A model generated the notes under the pieces. That model did no database searches, was not told the DNA's origin, and was given only the letters and a program-made list of their open reading frames with translations. Below are positions 14,820 through 24,139 of a stretch of DNA of 34,970 nt, in pieces (positions within the stretch are counted from its first letter, which is position 1; the number at the start of each line of letters is the position of its first letter). The DNA comes from Elusimicrobiota bacterium (GTDB taxonomy: Bacteria > Elusimicrobiota > Elusimicrobia > UBA1565 > JACRDR01), in NCBI GenBank assembly GCA_041694815.1, contig JBGFSC010000024.1:1-34970 (forward strand). Reading direction: 5' to 3'. A program made the position numbers and the translations under genes.

Positions 14820-16901
14820 CTACGCCTTCGCGATCTCCGCCGGCGCCTTGACCGGTATCGAGAAGATGAACTTGGCCCCTTGTCCCGGGGGGGACTCCGC
14901 CCAGATTTTTCCCTTGTGCAGCTCCACGAAACGACGGCAGATGGTCAGGCCCAGGCCAAAGCCCTTTTCCTTGCGCCCTAGGTCGAGCTGCTTGAACTTC
15001 TCGAATACGAATTGCAGCTTGTCGGCCGGTATGCCGGGGCCCGTATCGGACACGGAGACCACGGCCTCGGAAGTAGATTGTTCCACGTGGACGGTGATGC
15101 GTCCTCCCTTCGGGGTGAACTTGATCGCGTTGCCGATGAGATTGGAGATGACGCGCTGTATCTTGCGGGGCTCGGCCGGGATGGGGAAGAAGGTGCCGTG
15201 GTGGGTCAGCTCCAAGGCGATGTTCTTGCTTTGGGCCGGCAGGCCCTGCAGCACGAGCGCGTTCTGGGCCGTGGTCACGATGTTCGTGGGCTCCGGGGCC
15301 AGCTCGTATTTGCCGGCCTCCAACTTCGAGAGGTCCAGCACGTCCTCGAGCAGGTTCGTCAGCTCGCATTCCGCGCTCTGGCCCATGCGGTAGTACTGCT
15401 CCTCCTTGGGGGTCAGGGTGCGCCCCGACTTGGAGAGCTCCAAGACCATCTTGATCGTCCCGACGGGATTGCGCAAGTCGTGGATCACCGAGTTGAAGAA
15501 GTCCTCCTTCATCTGGTTGAGCTGCTTTTCGAGGCTGACGTCGTGAAATAGCAGCAGGATGCCGGATTGCTTCTTCCCCGCGGAGACCAGGGTGCCTAGG
15601 ATCTTCAGGTAGCGCGTCTCGGCCTGTCCCGCGCCGGCGACGGTGGTCTCGGCTTGGGCCCATCGCTTATCCCGGCGCAGCAGGGTCTGCGCGCAGCCGA
15701 CGACGTTGGGATCCCGGATGATGTCGGCGATGGCGGTGTTGGGCGCGATCACCGGGGTCCGACCGTGGCCCAGCAGCGCGAACACGGAGGGATTGGCGAA
15801 GAGGATGCGCCCCTGGAGATCGGCCATCAAGATGCCCTCGGGGATGGTCTGCACCAGGGCGTCGACCTTGGCTTTCTCTTCGATCACCTTCTCGACCTGC
15901 AGGTCCTGATAAGTCTTGAGCTGCTGCATCATGTGATTGAAGCGGCGAGCCAGCTCCCGCAGCTCGGGCCAGCCGCTCTCGCGCACCGGGACGTTGAAGA
16001 CGTTCGCGGCCGCCCGGCTGGACCCTTCGATGAGGTCCGACAAGGGGGTCACGATCTGCGCCGAGATCCTGCTCGCGGAGATAGCGGAGGCGGCGGCCAG
16101 CAGGCAAAAGAGCAGGGCGGCGCTCCAAAGAACGCCCTCGGCCTCCAGATAGGCCTCCTGGCGAGGCTGGACGCTGGCCAGGGTCCAGCGGAGCGGCTTG
16201 GACCGGGCGTAGGCGCCGATCCACTTCGCGCCGTCCTCCGATTTGAACTCGAGCCATCCCTCGCTCCCCTCCTCGGGGAGCGGCAATCGGGCCGGCACGG
16301 AATCCGCCATGAGCGGGAATGGCCGCCCCTGCGCGTTTACGAGCACGATGCGGCCGGATTTGCCGACCTTCTGGGCGTTCATCGTTTTCCAGAGCTTTTC
16401 CAAATTGATCCCGGCGTAGAGGAGACGGCCTTCCTTCAAGGGGTAGGCCACGGGAAGTATCGGCAGGCCGACGATCTCCGTCACCGGCCCCATGGCCGGC
16501 TCGCCTTCCTGGCGCACCGACGCGGCGATGGGACTCCAGACGGCTTGCGGGGTCTGGGCCGGGAATATCCTGGAATCGGCGATGCGCACGCCTTCTACGC
16601 CCTCGGGGCCGACGACGGACAACAGGCTGAACTCGGGCTTGGCGGCGGCCGTGACCTGGAGCAGGCGCAGCAGCAGCGGGGAATTGGGCTCGAGGCGCTG
16701 GGCATCGGGCACGAAGGAGAATAGCCCGTTGAGCTCCCGGGCGAAATCGTCGAGCGTCGCGACGTTGTTTTTGACGATCTGCTGGTGGTAATGCTGTACG
16801 TTCTTGCGGGAGACGCGCGCCACGCGCAGGATCAAGAAGCTCATGCTCGCCATGGCCACGGCGGTCCACCAGATCAAGGTGATGAAGAAGCGCCTAAACA
16901 T
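14820..16901 (-). CDS. Sensor histidine kinase (TM-Cache-like-TM-HAMP-PAS-HisKA-HATPase_c)
   Basis: H-box IHDLRNP, N-box NLIGNAIKF, G1 DTGPGI, G2 GFGLGL, PAS start LVQTIPEGIL, two TMs. Confidence 0.93.
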   Translation of the reverse strand: MFRRFFITLIWWTAVAMASMSFLILRVARVSRKNVQHYHQQIVKNNVATLDDFARELNGLFSFVPDAQRLEPNSPLLLRLLQVTAAAKPEFSLLSVVGPEGVEGVRIADSRIFPAQTPQAVWSPIAASVRQEGEPAMGPVTEIVGLPILPVAYPLKEGRLLYAGINLEKLWKTMNAQKVGKSGRIVLVNAQGRPFPLMADSVPARLPLPEEGSEGWLEFKSEDGAKWIGAYARSKPLRWTLASVQPRQEAYLEAEGVLWSAALLFCLLAAASAISASRISAQIVTPLSDLIEGSSRAAANVFNVPVRESGWPELRELARRFNHMMQQLKTYQDLQVEKVIEEKAKVDALVQTIPEGILMADLQGRILFANPSVFALLGHGRTPVIAPNTAIADIIRDPNVVGCAQTLLRRDKRWAQAETTVAGAGQAETRYLKILGTLVSAGKKQSGILLLFHDVSLEKQLNQMKEDFFNSVIHDLRNPVGTIKMVLELSKSGRTLTPKEEQYYRMGQSAECELTNLLEDVLDLSKLEAGKYELAPEPTNIVTTAQNALVLQGLPAQSKNIALELTHHGTFFPIPAEPRKIQRVISNLIGNAIKFTPKGGRITVHVEQSTSEAVVSVSDTGPGIPADKLQFVFEKFKQLDLGRKEKGFGLGLTICRRFVELHKGKIWAESPPGQGAKFIFSIPVKAPAEIAKA

Positions 16902-19233
16902 GAGGCAGGATCAGCTCCGCGCGGCCTCCGTTTTCGTTGCCCAGCACGAGGCGCCCCCCGAACCCCTCCGCGATTTTCCTGGCCGCCGCCAGCCCAATCC
17001 CGGGGCGCGAGGCCGTGATTTCGCGCAGGGGACGCGACTCCTCCAGCAGCAGCGCCGGCGGAAAGCCGCGCCCGCTGTCATGGATGCGCAAGCGGATGGC
17101 CGCCTCTGTCTCCACCCGCGCGAGGCTGACGCGCAAGCTGCCCCCGGCCGGCATCGCCTCGTAGGCGTTTTTGAGCAGTTGATACACCGCCAGCCGCAGG
17201 CGTCCCGCCTGGACGCGGATCATTGGCAGGGAGGGGGAGAATTGCCGAGTGAGGGCGATGCGCCGTTGTTTGAACGCAGCCTCCCAAGGAACTAGCGCCG
17301 ACTCGACGAGCGACGCAGCGGAGGCGGGCTCGGCCGGGTCCGCGGGGCTAAAGAGCTCGGATAAGGTCCTCAAGCGATCATGCACGCCCGAGAGCCTCGA
17401 CAACGCTGGCGCGGCGGCGCTCCGGGAAGCGGTCGGAAGGACGCCGGCGACCCTCTTTAGGTCGGAGAGGCTTCGCTGCACTCGCGCGAGCAAGGGCTTA
17501 AGCAACGCCGCGACGTCGGCCTCCGTCGCGTTCTCCTCGAGGCGGCGCAGGCATTCCTCGTGCGCCTCATGCTCTTTCGCCAGGCACTCGCGTAGCCGGT
17601 CGATTTCGCCCTGGGATTCCTGGAGGCGCCGTAGCCCGGCGGCCAGTTGCCGCCGAGCGGCCTCAGCCTCCAGGCGGACGCCGCCAAGACCCCCCAATTG
17701 CTTCTCCAGCGACGCGGCGTTCGTTTCCAGCGCGAGAATACGTTCCTGTGCTAAGGCCAGTTCCGCCTCGAGGCGCTGCCGGCGGGCCGAGTTGACCTCC
17801 AGCCTCTCCTCGAGCTCGCGCAGCCTTTCTTGCTGCGACTTCCTCTGCTCCAACGAGAGGCGGAGCTCCTCCTTGAGCCCCTCCTGGGCCCGCAACGCCC
17901 CGGCCAGCGCTTCCTCGAGGGAGGGGAGCCGGGCTTCGAGGTCTTGCAATTTCCTCGCGGTTTGACGCAGTTCCAGCTCGAGTCTTTCCTTTTCCTCGGA
18001 GAGCTGCCCGAGCTGCCGCGCCTGGAATTGGGCGGCTTGACCCAGTTCCGATCGGTGGAGTTCGAGGGTTTGAGCCAGCTCCTTTTCCTTAAGCTCGAGG
18101 GCGGAGGAAATTTTCTGGAACTGCAAGGCCGCGGCGTCAAGCCGGACACGTAAGGACTGCGACTCTTCCTCGAGGGCCTTTCGGCCTTCCTGGGCTTCTC
18201 CCAGGGCCTTTTGGAGCGCGGCCTGTTCTCGGAGTTGGCGCTGGGCCTCCTGCCGGAGCTTCTCTTCACGGGCGCGCTGGGACTTACGCTCCCGCTCCAA
18301 CTCTTCCGAATGCTCGATGGCCGCGCTTGCCAGGGTCGCCTGAAGTTTCTCAAGCTCGGCGCGTGAGATCTCCAACGCCGCGCGAAGGCCGCTGATCTCG
18401 GAGGATAGCCGGCCCCGCGCCTGCTGGGCCCTTTCCAGCTCGGATTTGAGCCCTTCGTTCTCCTGCAGGCGGGCGGCCGCGGCCGATCGCGCGGCCCGGA
18501 GCTGGTCCTCGAGGCTTTCCCGCGTCCGGTCCCACCGGCGCAGCTCTTCCTGCATGCGGCTGGCGCGGAGCTCATCGTCTTGGGACTTAAGCTGCGCCTG
18601 ATCCCAATCGGCGCTCAGTTCGCGTTTTCGGGATTCATTTAAATCGCGCCCCAGGCGCTCTTTTTCCGCGCGCAATGCCGCCGCTTCGGCCTGCGCCGCG
18701 GAGATGGAATCTTGGAGCGAGCGATTTTCCGCCTCCAGCCTCTGGCAGCGTTCCTGGAGAGGTGAAAATTCGACGGACATCCGCTTTTTTTCCTCGAGAA
18801 GCCGGATCGATTCCGATTGGAGCCTCAGGATTTCCTGCGCCAGAAGCGCCTGTTCCTGTTCGGCGCCCTCGTTTTTTTCCCTAGGCCGGAGCAGTATCCT
18901 CTTTAATTCCTCCAAGAGGCTTTGGAACTCGAAGACGTTCTTGAGCCCCGAGGCCGAGGCGCGGGCCTCGAGCTTCGGCAGGGCTTCCTCCGTGAAGAGC
19001 AGCCAACGCCCCTCCATACGGCGGCGGGCTTCCTCCAGCTCGAGCTCCCGTATTTGAAGCCGCTTCGCCAGGGCCTTGAGCCGGGAGATCTCGGCGCGGA
19101 TGGACGCGTCGTCCGCCGGACCGGAGGGCATCCCCAATAGGGCTTCCTGGAGGGCCATGAGGAAGGCGCTCAAGGCGGGAAGATCCGATTCCCCGGTGTT
19201 TTCGACCCTGGGAAGGGGAAGTTTCTCTTCCAT
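16894..19233 (-). CDS. Long coiled-coil protein with C-terminal HATPase_c domain and degenerate (His-less) DHp region
   Basis: About 550 aa of E/Q/R/L heptads, then QLLKNAYEAM, IHDSGRGF, GIGLAAARKI. No H-box visible. Confidence 0.85.
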   Translation of the reverse strand: MEEKLPLPRVENTGESDLPALSAFLMALQEALLGMPSGPADDASIRAEISRLKALAKRLQIRELELEEARRRMEGRWLLFTEEALPKLEARASASGLKNVFEFQSLLEELKRILLRPREKNEGAEQEQALLAQEILRLQSESIRLLEEKKRMSVEFSPLQERCQRLEAENRSLQDSISAAQAEAAALRAEKERLGRDLNESRKRELSADWDQAQLKSQDDELRASRMQEELRRWDRTRESLEDQLRAARSAAAARLQENEGLKSELERAQQARGRLSSEISGLRAALEISRAELEKLQATLASAAIEHSEELERERKSQRAREEKLRQEAQRQLREQAALQKALGEAQEGRKALEEESQSLRVRLDAAALQFQKISSALELKEKELAQTLELHRSELGQAAQFQARQLGQLSEEKERLELELRQTARKLQDLEARLPSLEEALAGALRAQEGLKEELRLSLEQRKSQQERLRELEERLEVNSARRQRLEAELALAQERILALETNAASLEKQLGGLGGVRLEAEAARRQLAAGLRRLQESQGEIDRLRECLAKEHEAHEECLRRLEENATEADVAALLKPLLARVQRSLSDLKRVAGVLPTASRSAAAPALSRLSGVHDRLRTLSELFSPADPAEPASAASLVESALVPWEAAFKQRRIALTRQFSPSLPMIRVQAGRLRLAVYQLLKNAYEAMPAGGSLRVSLARVETEAAIRLRIHDSGRGFPPALLLEESRPLREITASRPGIGLAAARKIAEGFGGRLVLGNENGGRAELILPHV

Positions 19234-19243
19234 AATGGCGCGC

Positions 19244-20785
19244 TTAAATGACTTCGGTCGTCCTGGCCGCCTTGATATTCAATTGGCCTTGATCGGCCAA
19301 CGCCAAGGCCTGCGAAAGTATCTTGGAGCGGGCCTCGAGAACCTTCTCCTTGGGCTGGGCAAGCTCGAAGGATTCTTGAAAAGTCGATCTCATGCCGGCC
19401 GGAAATAGCGAAGTTACGCGCTCCGCGAACTCCTGATCGGCGCCCCTCAGCGCGGTGGCCCATACCTGTATCGGCAGCAGGAAGGCGAGTTTCCGGAGGT
19501 CCTCTACCTTCATCGCCGCCAGGTCCTCGAAGGTCACCAGAGAGTTCTGCACCTCCTGGCTGGCCTGCGCGTCCACGCGCGAGAGGTCGCCGAGAATGAT
19601 TTCGCGCTCCTGAGGCCCGAGCCGGCTGAGGATGAGACCCAGCTTGTCGGTCCCCTTGAGGCGGGTCTCCACTTGGGTGCGCAGGTGGCCTTCTAGTATG
19701 TCGATGCGTTCCGGGTCGGCCTGGCGAAGCCGGACCATCGCCTTGGACACCTCCAATTGGACCTGCGGTGACATGTTCGAGAAAAGAAGGGTGCCCAGCT
19801 CGGTCTGCCGGTCCGCCAGCCAGCTGAAAAGCAGCGCTAAATCCTCCGGCGGCTCCCCCTCGAGTATTTGCGCCACCTCCTGGGCGGGGTGCCCCGCGAG
19901 GAAGCCGAAGCGCTCCTGGGCTTCCAGGGCGAGGGTCGGCGTGGCAGCCGCCTCGGTCGTGTCCAAGGTCGGGGGGCCCTCGGCGCCGAGCATTTCCGGC
20001 TCGGCGGCCGGAGGCATCTCGGGAGCTTGCTGGGGCATTTGCTGGCGGTGCAGCAGGGCTTGCGCGAGGGTGCGCATGCCCCAGACGAACAGGACGCCGA
20101 GGACGAGCCCCGTCGCCAGTAGGCCGACGACGATCATGGAATGGCTGAGCGCGGTCTTGAAGATGTCCGGAGAGAGCAGGAGCCTCTTCCACATGGGGGT
20201 CAGCGAGGCGCGTACCAACACGATGCTGTCTCCGCGCAGCACGTTGAGCCGCAGCATGTCGGCGAGTACCTTGCGCACCGCTTCGGCCTGGGTCTGCGGT
20301 ATGGCCGTGTCGACGAGCAGGGAGACATTGATCTTGTTGACCTGGAAGTTGGAGCGCCGGGATTCCTGCTGGTCGCGCTGGAAAATCGTATTGTTTTTTT
20401 CCTGAACGTAACGGTAGGACTTATCCATCAATTCGGATGGCACGTAATAGGGTGCGTAGCCGGGCATGGCATCCCTTTCCATACGCGTAGTGCTTTGTTG
20501 GGCAAATCCTGGCGCCCCGACGACTCCCTCCTGCTCTGATGTCGCGTTTTGGCCGGGCTTGTCTATGGGTGTTTGTATATCGGTGCTGGTTTTCGTTTCG
20601 CTGCGCTCTCCTTCCACCGTGATCAGGACCTTGGCACGACCCGGTCCCAGCAGCTGCTCGAGCAGGGCGGAGGAATCTTCCACGAGTCTTGCGGCCAATT
20701 CCGTTTCCTCGACCGAGACGGCGGCGGCGGAATAGGGGAGAAATAAAAAAGAGAACAGAAATATGGATAAAACACGCCTTCCCAT
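19244..20785 (-). CDS. Fusion of a FliF C-terminal (RBM3/beta-collar-like) ring domain, a TM and FliG middle/C-terminal domains
   Basis: ATG 20785 with GGAGGA RBS and signal peptide. FliF_C-like LLEQLLGPGRAKVLITVE...INVSLLVD...RGDSIVL. TM at MIVVGLLATGLVLGVLFVWG. FliG-like EGEPPEDLALL (cf. EHPQ), LVTFEDL (cf. MFxFEDL), WATALRGAD. Confidence 0.8.
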   Translation of the reverse strand: MGRRVLSIFLFSFLFLPYSAAAVSVEETELAARLVEDSSALLEQLLGPGRAKVLITVEGERSETKTSTDIQTPIDKPGQNATSEQEGVVGAPGFAQQSTTRMERDAMPGYAPYYVPSELMDKSYRYVQEKNNTIFQRDQQESRRSNFQVNKINVSLLVDTAIPQTQAEAVRKVLADMLRLNVLRGDSIVLVRASLTPMWKRLLLSPDIFKTALSHSMIVVGLLATGLVLGVLFVWGMRTLAQALLHRQQMPQQAPEMPPAAEPEMLGAEGPPTLDTTEAAATPTLALEAQERFGFLAGHPAQEVAQILEGEPPEDLALLFSWLADRQTELGTLLFSNMSPQVQLEVSKAMVRLRQADPERIDILEGHLRTQVETRLKGTDKLGLILSRLGPQEREIILGDLSRVDAQASQEVQNSLVTFEDLAAMKVEDLRKLAFLLPIQVWATALRGADQEFAERVTSLFPAGMRSTFQESFELAQPKEKVLEARSKILSQALALADQGQLNIKAARTTEVI

Positions 20786-20807
20786 GATGTCCTCCAAGTG
20801 CGCCAAT

Positions 20808-20836
20808 ACTATAAAGGGATTTCCCAGGGCGCGCAA
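20808..20836 (-). promoter_or_regulatory. Sigma70-type promoter for the FliF-FliG fusion transcription unit
   Basis: TTGCGC (20836-20831), 17 bp, TATAGT (20813-20808). Confidence 0.6.
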
Positions 20837-20844
20837 TATCTAAA

Positions 20845-22167
20845 TTATTTCAAGGGAAGGAGGAAGAAAAACCGGCTTCCCTTGCCGGCATCGGATTCGA
20901 CGCCGATGCGACCCTCATGCAATTCGATGATCGATTTGGAGATCGCCAGGCCCAGGCCGCTGCCGGAGGCCTTGAGCTGGTTTGGCACGCGCTGGAAGGG
21001 GGCGAAAATGCGGCTTAAGGCGTCCTGAGGGATGCCGACGCCGGAATCCCTAACGCTGCATTCGATGAATTTCCTTCCCTCGGTATCCTTGCGGTGTGCC
21101 TCCACGGTGATCGACCCGCCGCGGGGAGTGAATTTAATCGCGTTCGAAACGAGATTGGCGATGACCTGGGTGATCAGGTCCGGATCCAACTTCATCGCGG
21201 GCGGCAAATCCCCGTTGGACAGCAGCTGGAGGCTTATGCCCGCCTCCTTCGCCTTCGGCTCGAAGAACAAGACGGCATCCTCGATGAGCGCCTTGACATT
21301 CGTCGCCTGGGCGTGCATGTCGAGCTTTCCCCGCTCGATCTTGGCCATCTCGAGTACGTTGGTGACGAAATGCCCGAGGCGCGTGGCGTTGGACTGGATG
21401 CGCCGGAGCATGTCGAGCTCGGTCTGGCTGCGGCCCTCGTTCTCCGAAAGGATGAGGCGCACGCAGCTCTCGATGGAGGCCAGCGGGGACCTGAGCTCAT
21501 GCGTGACGGAGGCGATGAAAGTCTTCTTCATGGCCTCTAGCTCCTGTAACTTTTGGGACATCACGTTGATGTTGGAGGCCAGGCGGCCGATTTCGTCCTG
21601 GCCCTTGACGCTGGTGGTCACCCCGAACTTCCCTTCGCCGATGGCCTCTAGGGTCTTGCCGAGCGAGCCGATGCGCCTTGACAAGCTTAGGCTCAGGACC
21701 AGGGCCAAAAGCAGCGCGAACGGCAATACGGTATAAAGGCTCTTTTGCATGTTGCGCAAAGCCATTTCGCCGGCGGTTCGGCGTTTGGCCTGCAGATAGG
21801 AGTTGGAAAAGGCGATGGTGATGGAGCCCTTATCGGTGGATACGCTCTTGATGAACACGTCGGCGGCGGCCCGTTTCGGTCTGGGTTCGACTCGCGTCGT
21901 CGCCCCGTTGCGCGTTAGCTCGAAATAGGCCAGTTCCGGGCGGTTGGCCAGCAGCGCCTTGAGCCCGTCGATGAGCATGAGCGGATCCCTGGAGAACTCG
22001 GCCTCTTCCTCCAATCGCCGCGCGTCTTGGGCGATTCGTTCGATGCTTTCGTTTTCGGCCTCGCTGAGGGAATCTTCATGTAGCTTAAGATAATTGACCG
22101 CGACCAGGGCGGCCGCGGCCAGGGCGGTCGACAGGAAGCCGAAAGCCAGCTTGGCTCGTATACTCAT
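20845..22167 (-). CDS. Sensor histidine kinase (TM-periplasmic-TM-HAMP-HisKA-HATPase_c)
   Basis: Start at MSIRAKLAFG (22167). HAMP DEIGRLA, H-box THELRSPL, NLVSNAIKF, DSGVGI, GSGLGL. Confidence 0.93.
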   Translation of the reverse strand: MSIRAKLAFGFLSTALAAAALVAVNYLKLHEDSLSEAENESIERIAQDARRLEEEAEFSRDPLMLIDGLKALLANRPELAYFELTRNGATTRVEPRPKRAAADVFIKSVSTDKGSITIAFSNSYLQAKRRTAGEMALRNMQKSLYTVLPFALLLALVLSLSLSRRIGSLGKTLEAIGEGKFGVTTSVKGQDEIGRLASNINVMSQKLQELEAMKKTFIASVTHELRSPLASIESCVRLILSENEGRSQTELDMLRRIQSNATRLGHFVTNVLEMAKIERGKLDMHAQATNVKALIEDAVLFFEPKAKEAGISLQLLSNGDLPPAMKLDPDLITQVIANLVSNAIKFTPRGGSITVEAHRKDTEGRKFIECSVRDSGVGIPQDALSRIFAPFQRVPNQLKASGSGLGLAISKSIIELHEGRIGVESDAGKGSRFFFLLPLK

Positions 22168-22171
22168 GCCA

Positions 22172-24139
22172 TCATTGGCCTCGCCGCACGCGCTGCAGGG
22201 CTTTCTGGGCCTGGGCGTTGCCTGGATCGAGGGCCAGGATGCGTTGGAAAGCCGCCGTGGCGAGCACGTTCTCGCCGCGCGCGTAATGCTCCATGCCTTG
22301 CTGGTAGAGCTTCTCGATGAGTCGCGGATCGGCGGGGCCCTGGGGTATGGAGGGCTCGACCGCGATAGCTCCCGGTGCCTCGACTCGTCGGACGGGCCGT
22401 TCGGGGAGCGGCGGCTGCTGGGCCGGCTGCTGCGGCGCCGCACCAAGCGCCTTCTGAGCCTCGGCGATATAGCGCTCGAGCGCCGCCCGCTCGACCGGGG
22501 CCGTTTCCATTTTCAGCGCCTGCGTCCAGATCGCGATGGCCTCGGGATAGTAGCGCATCATGTAGAAGGCGCTGCCCACCTGCTTGTAGGAGCGCACGTC
22601 GCCAGGCTCGATCTCCATGGCATCGCGCGCGTCGTCTAAAGCGTTCTGATAATTACGGCTGTCGAAGGCGGACTGCGAGGAGGCGTGCTTCTCCTCGAGC
22701 AGGTTGCGGCTGCCCGAGGGCCTCTCGGCTTGTATCTGCGTGGCATGCTCGAGGTTGTCCAAATACTTGGGGAGCTTGAGCTCCTTATGGTTGAGGCTGG
22801 CGGCGTAGGAGACAAGCAGCATGGCGCGGCGGTCCTTGCCGTAGGCGAAGGCGCGGCTGCCGTTGGCGATGGCCACCTGCCAGCGCTCCTGCGGGTCGCG
22901 AATCTCCGGGAAGCTCGCGGAGATGAGGTCCAGGCGCTTGGCCAGGGCCGCCAGGGCCGGATCCTCGGGAAGGCCGCTCATGATCCTCGTCAGTATCTGG
23001 TAGGCCATCAAGAACTCCCCGGCCTCGATCCTGTCCTTGACTCCCTGCAGCTCGGGCCGGTCCAGGTTGGCCGGGTTCGACAATTCGTTGGATTCGTATC
23101 CGAAGGGGGTCTTTCGCAGGTTCTGCATCTTGCTGACGAGCTCCTTGGAGAGCTGCTCCTCGCTCGTCATCGCGCCGAAGTGGAACGAGAGCCCCATCCG
23201 ATGAGTGCCCGCGGTGCCGCTAACGCCGGAGATCGGCATGAGGAAGGCGTAATCGGCCTGTATCTTGTTGATGATGTAGGAAAGGCCGATGCTGATCTGC
23301 CTAAATTCCCGGCTTCCGATGGCCAGGCCCGCCCGCACGCCGAGTGTCCCCAGATCGAAGGAGGGGAAAAAGCGCTCGCCGGCTAAGACCGCGTCCTGGT
23401 CCAGAGTCCCCTTCGGCGATTTCTGCATGCCGAGCTCGGCGGCCAGATTCATCCAGAGGCTCTTGAAGCCGAAACCAAGTTTGGTGCGCATCGGCAGCTT
23501 GTCGGTGCCGGCGAATCCCACGTCCGGCTGATTGAGATGGCTGACCGAGAGGGCGAAGGAATAGCGCCGCGGGGTCCGATAGAGCAGTCCGACATCGGTA
23601 TCGTAGGCCGTCTTGCTTTGGGAGCCGCTGAGCACGGGGTCCGGGATTCCCGATCGGACCTGATTGTTCAAGAAGGCGTTGCCGGCCTCATCGCCCGGCG
23701 CGAAGGATCGGTTGAGATGCTTGAAGTTCAAGCCGGCGAAAATATTACCCCATCCCTCCCGTTTGTAAAGGAGGCGGCCATAGGAGAGGGCTATCGTGCG
23801 TTCGTTGTAGATCGAATTGAGCTTGAAATCCTTCCATGCGAGGCCGAGAGTTCCCCAGCGACCCCGCTTGAGCGGATGGGCATAGGCGATGTCGGACTGG
23901 CCCAGGTTCGAGCTGTCGGCCAAGCCCATGTAAAATTGGGCGTAGGTCAAGCCCAGCTGCGGGCGCTCGAGAGTCGCCAATCCGGCCGGATTGTAATGAA
24001 TCGCGTAGACGTCGTCGGCGATCGCGGAGAAGGCGTTGCCCATTCCAGGCGCGCGCGCGCCGGCGCCCATATCCTCGAAGGCGGCCTCGGCCGCGCCGAC
24101 GGAACCGAGCAGGATGGCGGTCCAGAGCAGGCGCTTCAT
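22172..24139 (-). CDS. Outer-membrane beta-barrel (PorV/PorP-SprF/FadL-like) fused to C-terminal TPR repeats
   Basis: Signal peptide and N-terminal plug motif GAGARAPGMGNAFSAIADDVYAIHYNPAGL. Alternating beta strands end at THRMGLSFHFG, followed by TPR-like helices (e.g. AFQRILALDPGNAQAQKAL). Confidence 0.82.
   Translation of the reverse strand: MKRLLWTAILLGSVGAAEAAFEDMGAGARAPGMGNAFSAIADDVYAIHYNPAGLATLERPQLGLTYAQFYMGLADSSNLGQSDIAYAHPLKRGRWGTLGLAWKDFKLNSIYNERTIALSYGRLLYKREGWGNIFAGLNFKHLNRSFAPGDEAGNAFLNNQVRSGIPDPVLSGSQSKTAYDTDVGLLYRTPRRYSFALSVSHLNQPDVGFAGTDKLPMRTKLGFGFKSLWMNLAAELGMQKSPKGTLDQDAVLAGERFFPSFDLGTLGVRAGLAIGSREFRQISIGLSYIINKIQADYAFLMPISGVSGTAGTHRMGLSFHFGAMTSEEQLSKELVSKMQNLRKTPFGYESNELSNPANLDRPELQGVKDRIEAGEFLMAYQILTRIMSGLPEDPALAALAKRLDLISASFPEIRDPQERWQVAIANGSRAFAYGKDRRAMLLVSYAASLNHKELKLPKYLDNLEHATQIQAERPSGSRNLLEEKHASSQSAFDSRNYQNALDDARDAMEIEPGDVRSYKQVGSAFYMMRYYPEAIAIWTQALKMETAPVERAALERYIAEAQKALGAAPQQPAQQPPLPERPVRRVEAPGAIAVEPSIPQGPADPRLIEKLYQQGMEHYARGENVLATAAFQRILALDPGNAQAQKALQRVRRGQ

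Noticed and set aside
16894..19233. SMC/chromosome segregation protein
   Set aside because: No Walker A/B or hinge. The C-terminus is a GHKL HATPase_c domain.
19244..20785. Calling the region a flagellar operon or assigning fliF/fliG symbols
   Set aside because: There is only one fused, truncated gene and no other flagellar genes in the window.
22168..22446. Upstream extensions of the kinase ORF (to 22446) and of the HprK-like ORF (to 29528)
   Set aside because: They overlap well-supported upstream genes. Internal ATGs adjacent to the upstream stops give normal N-termini.
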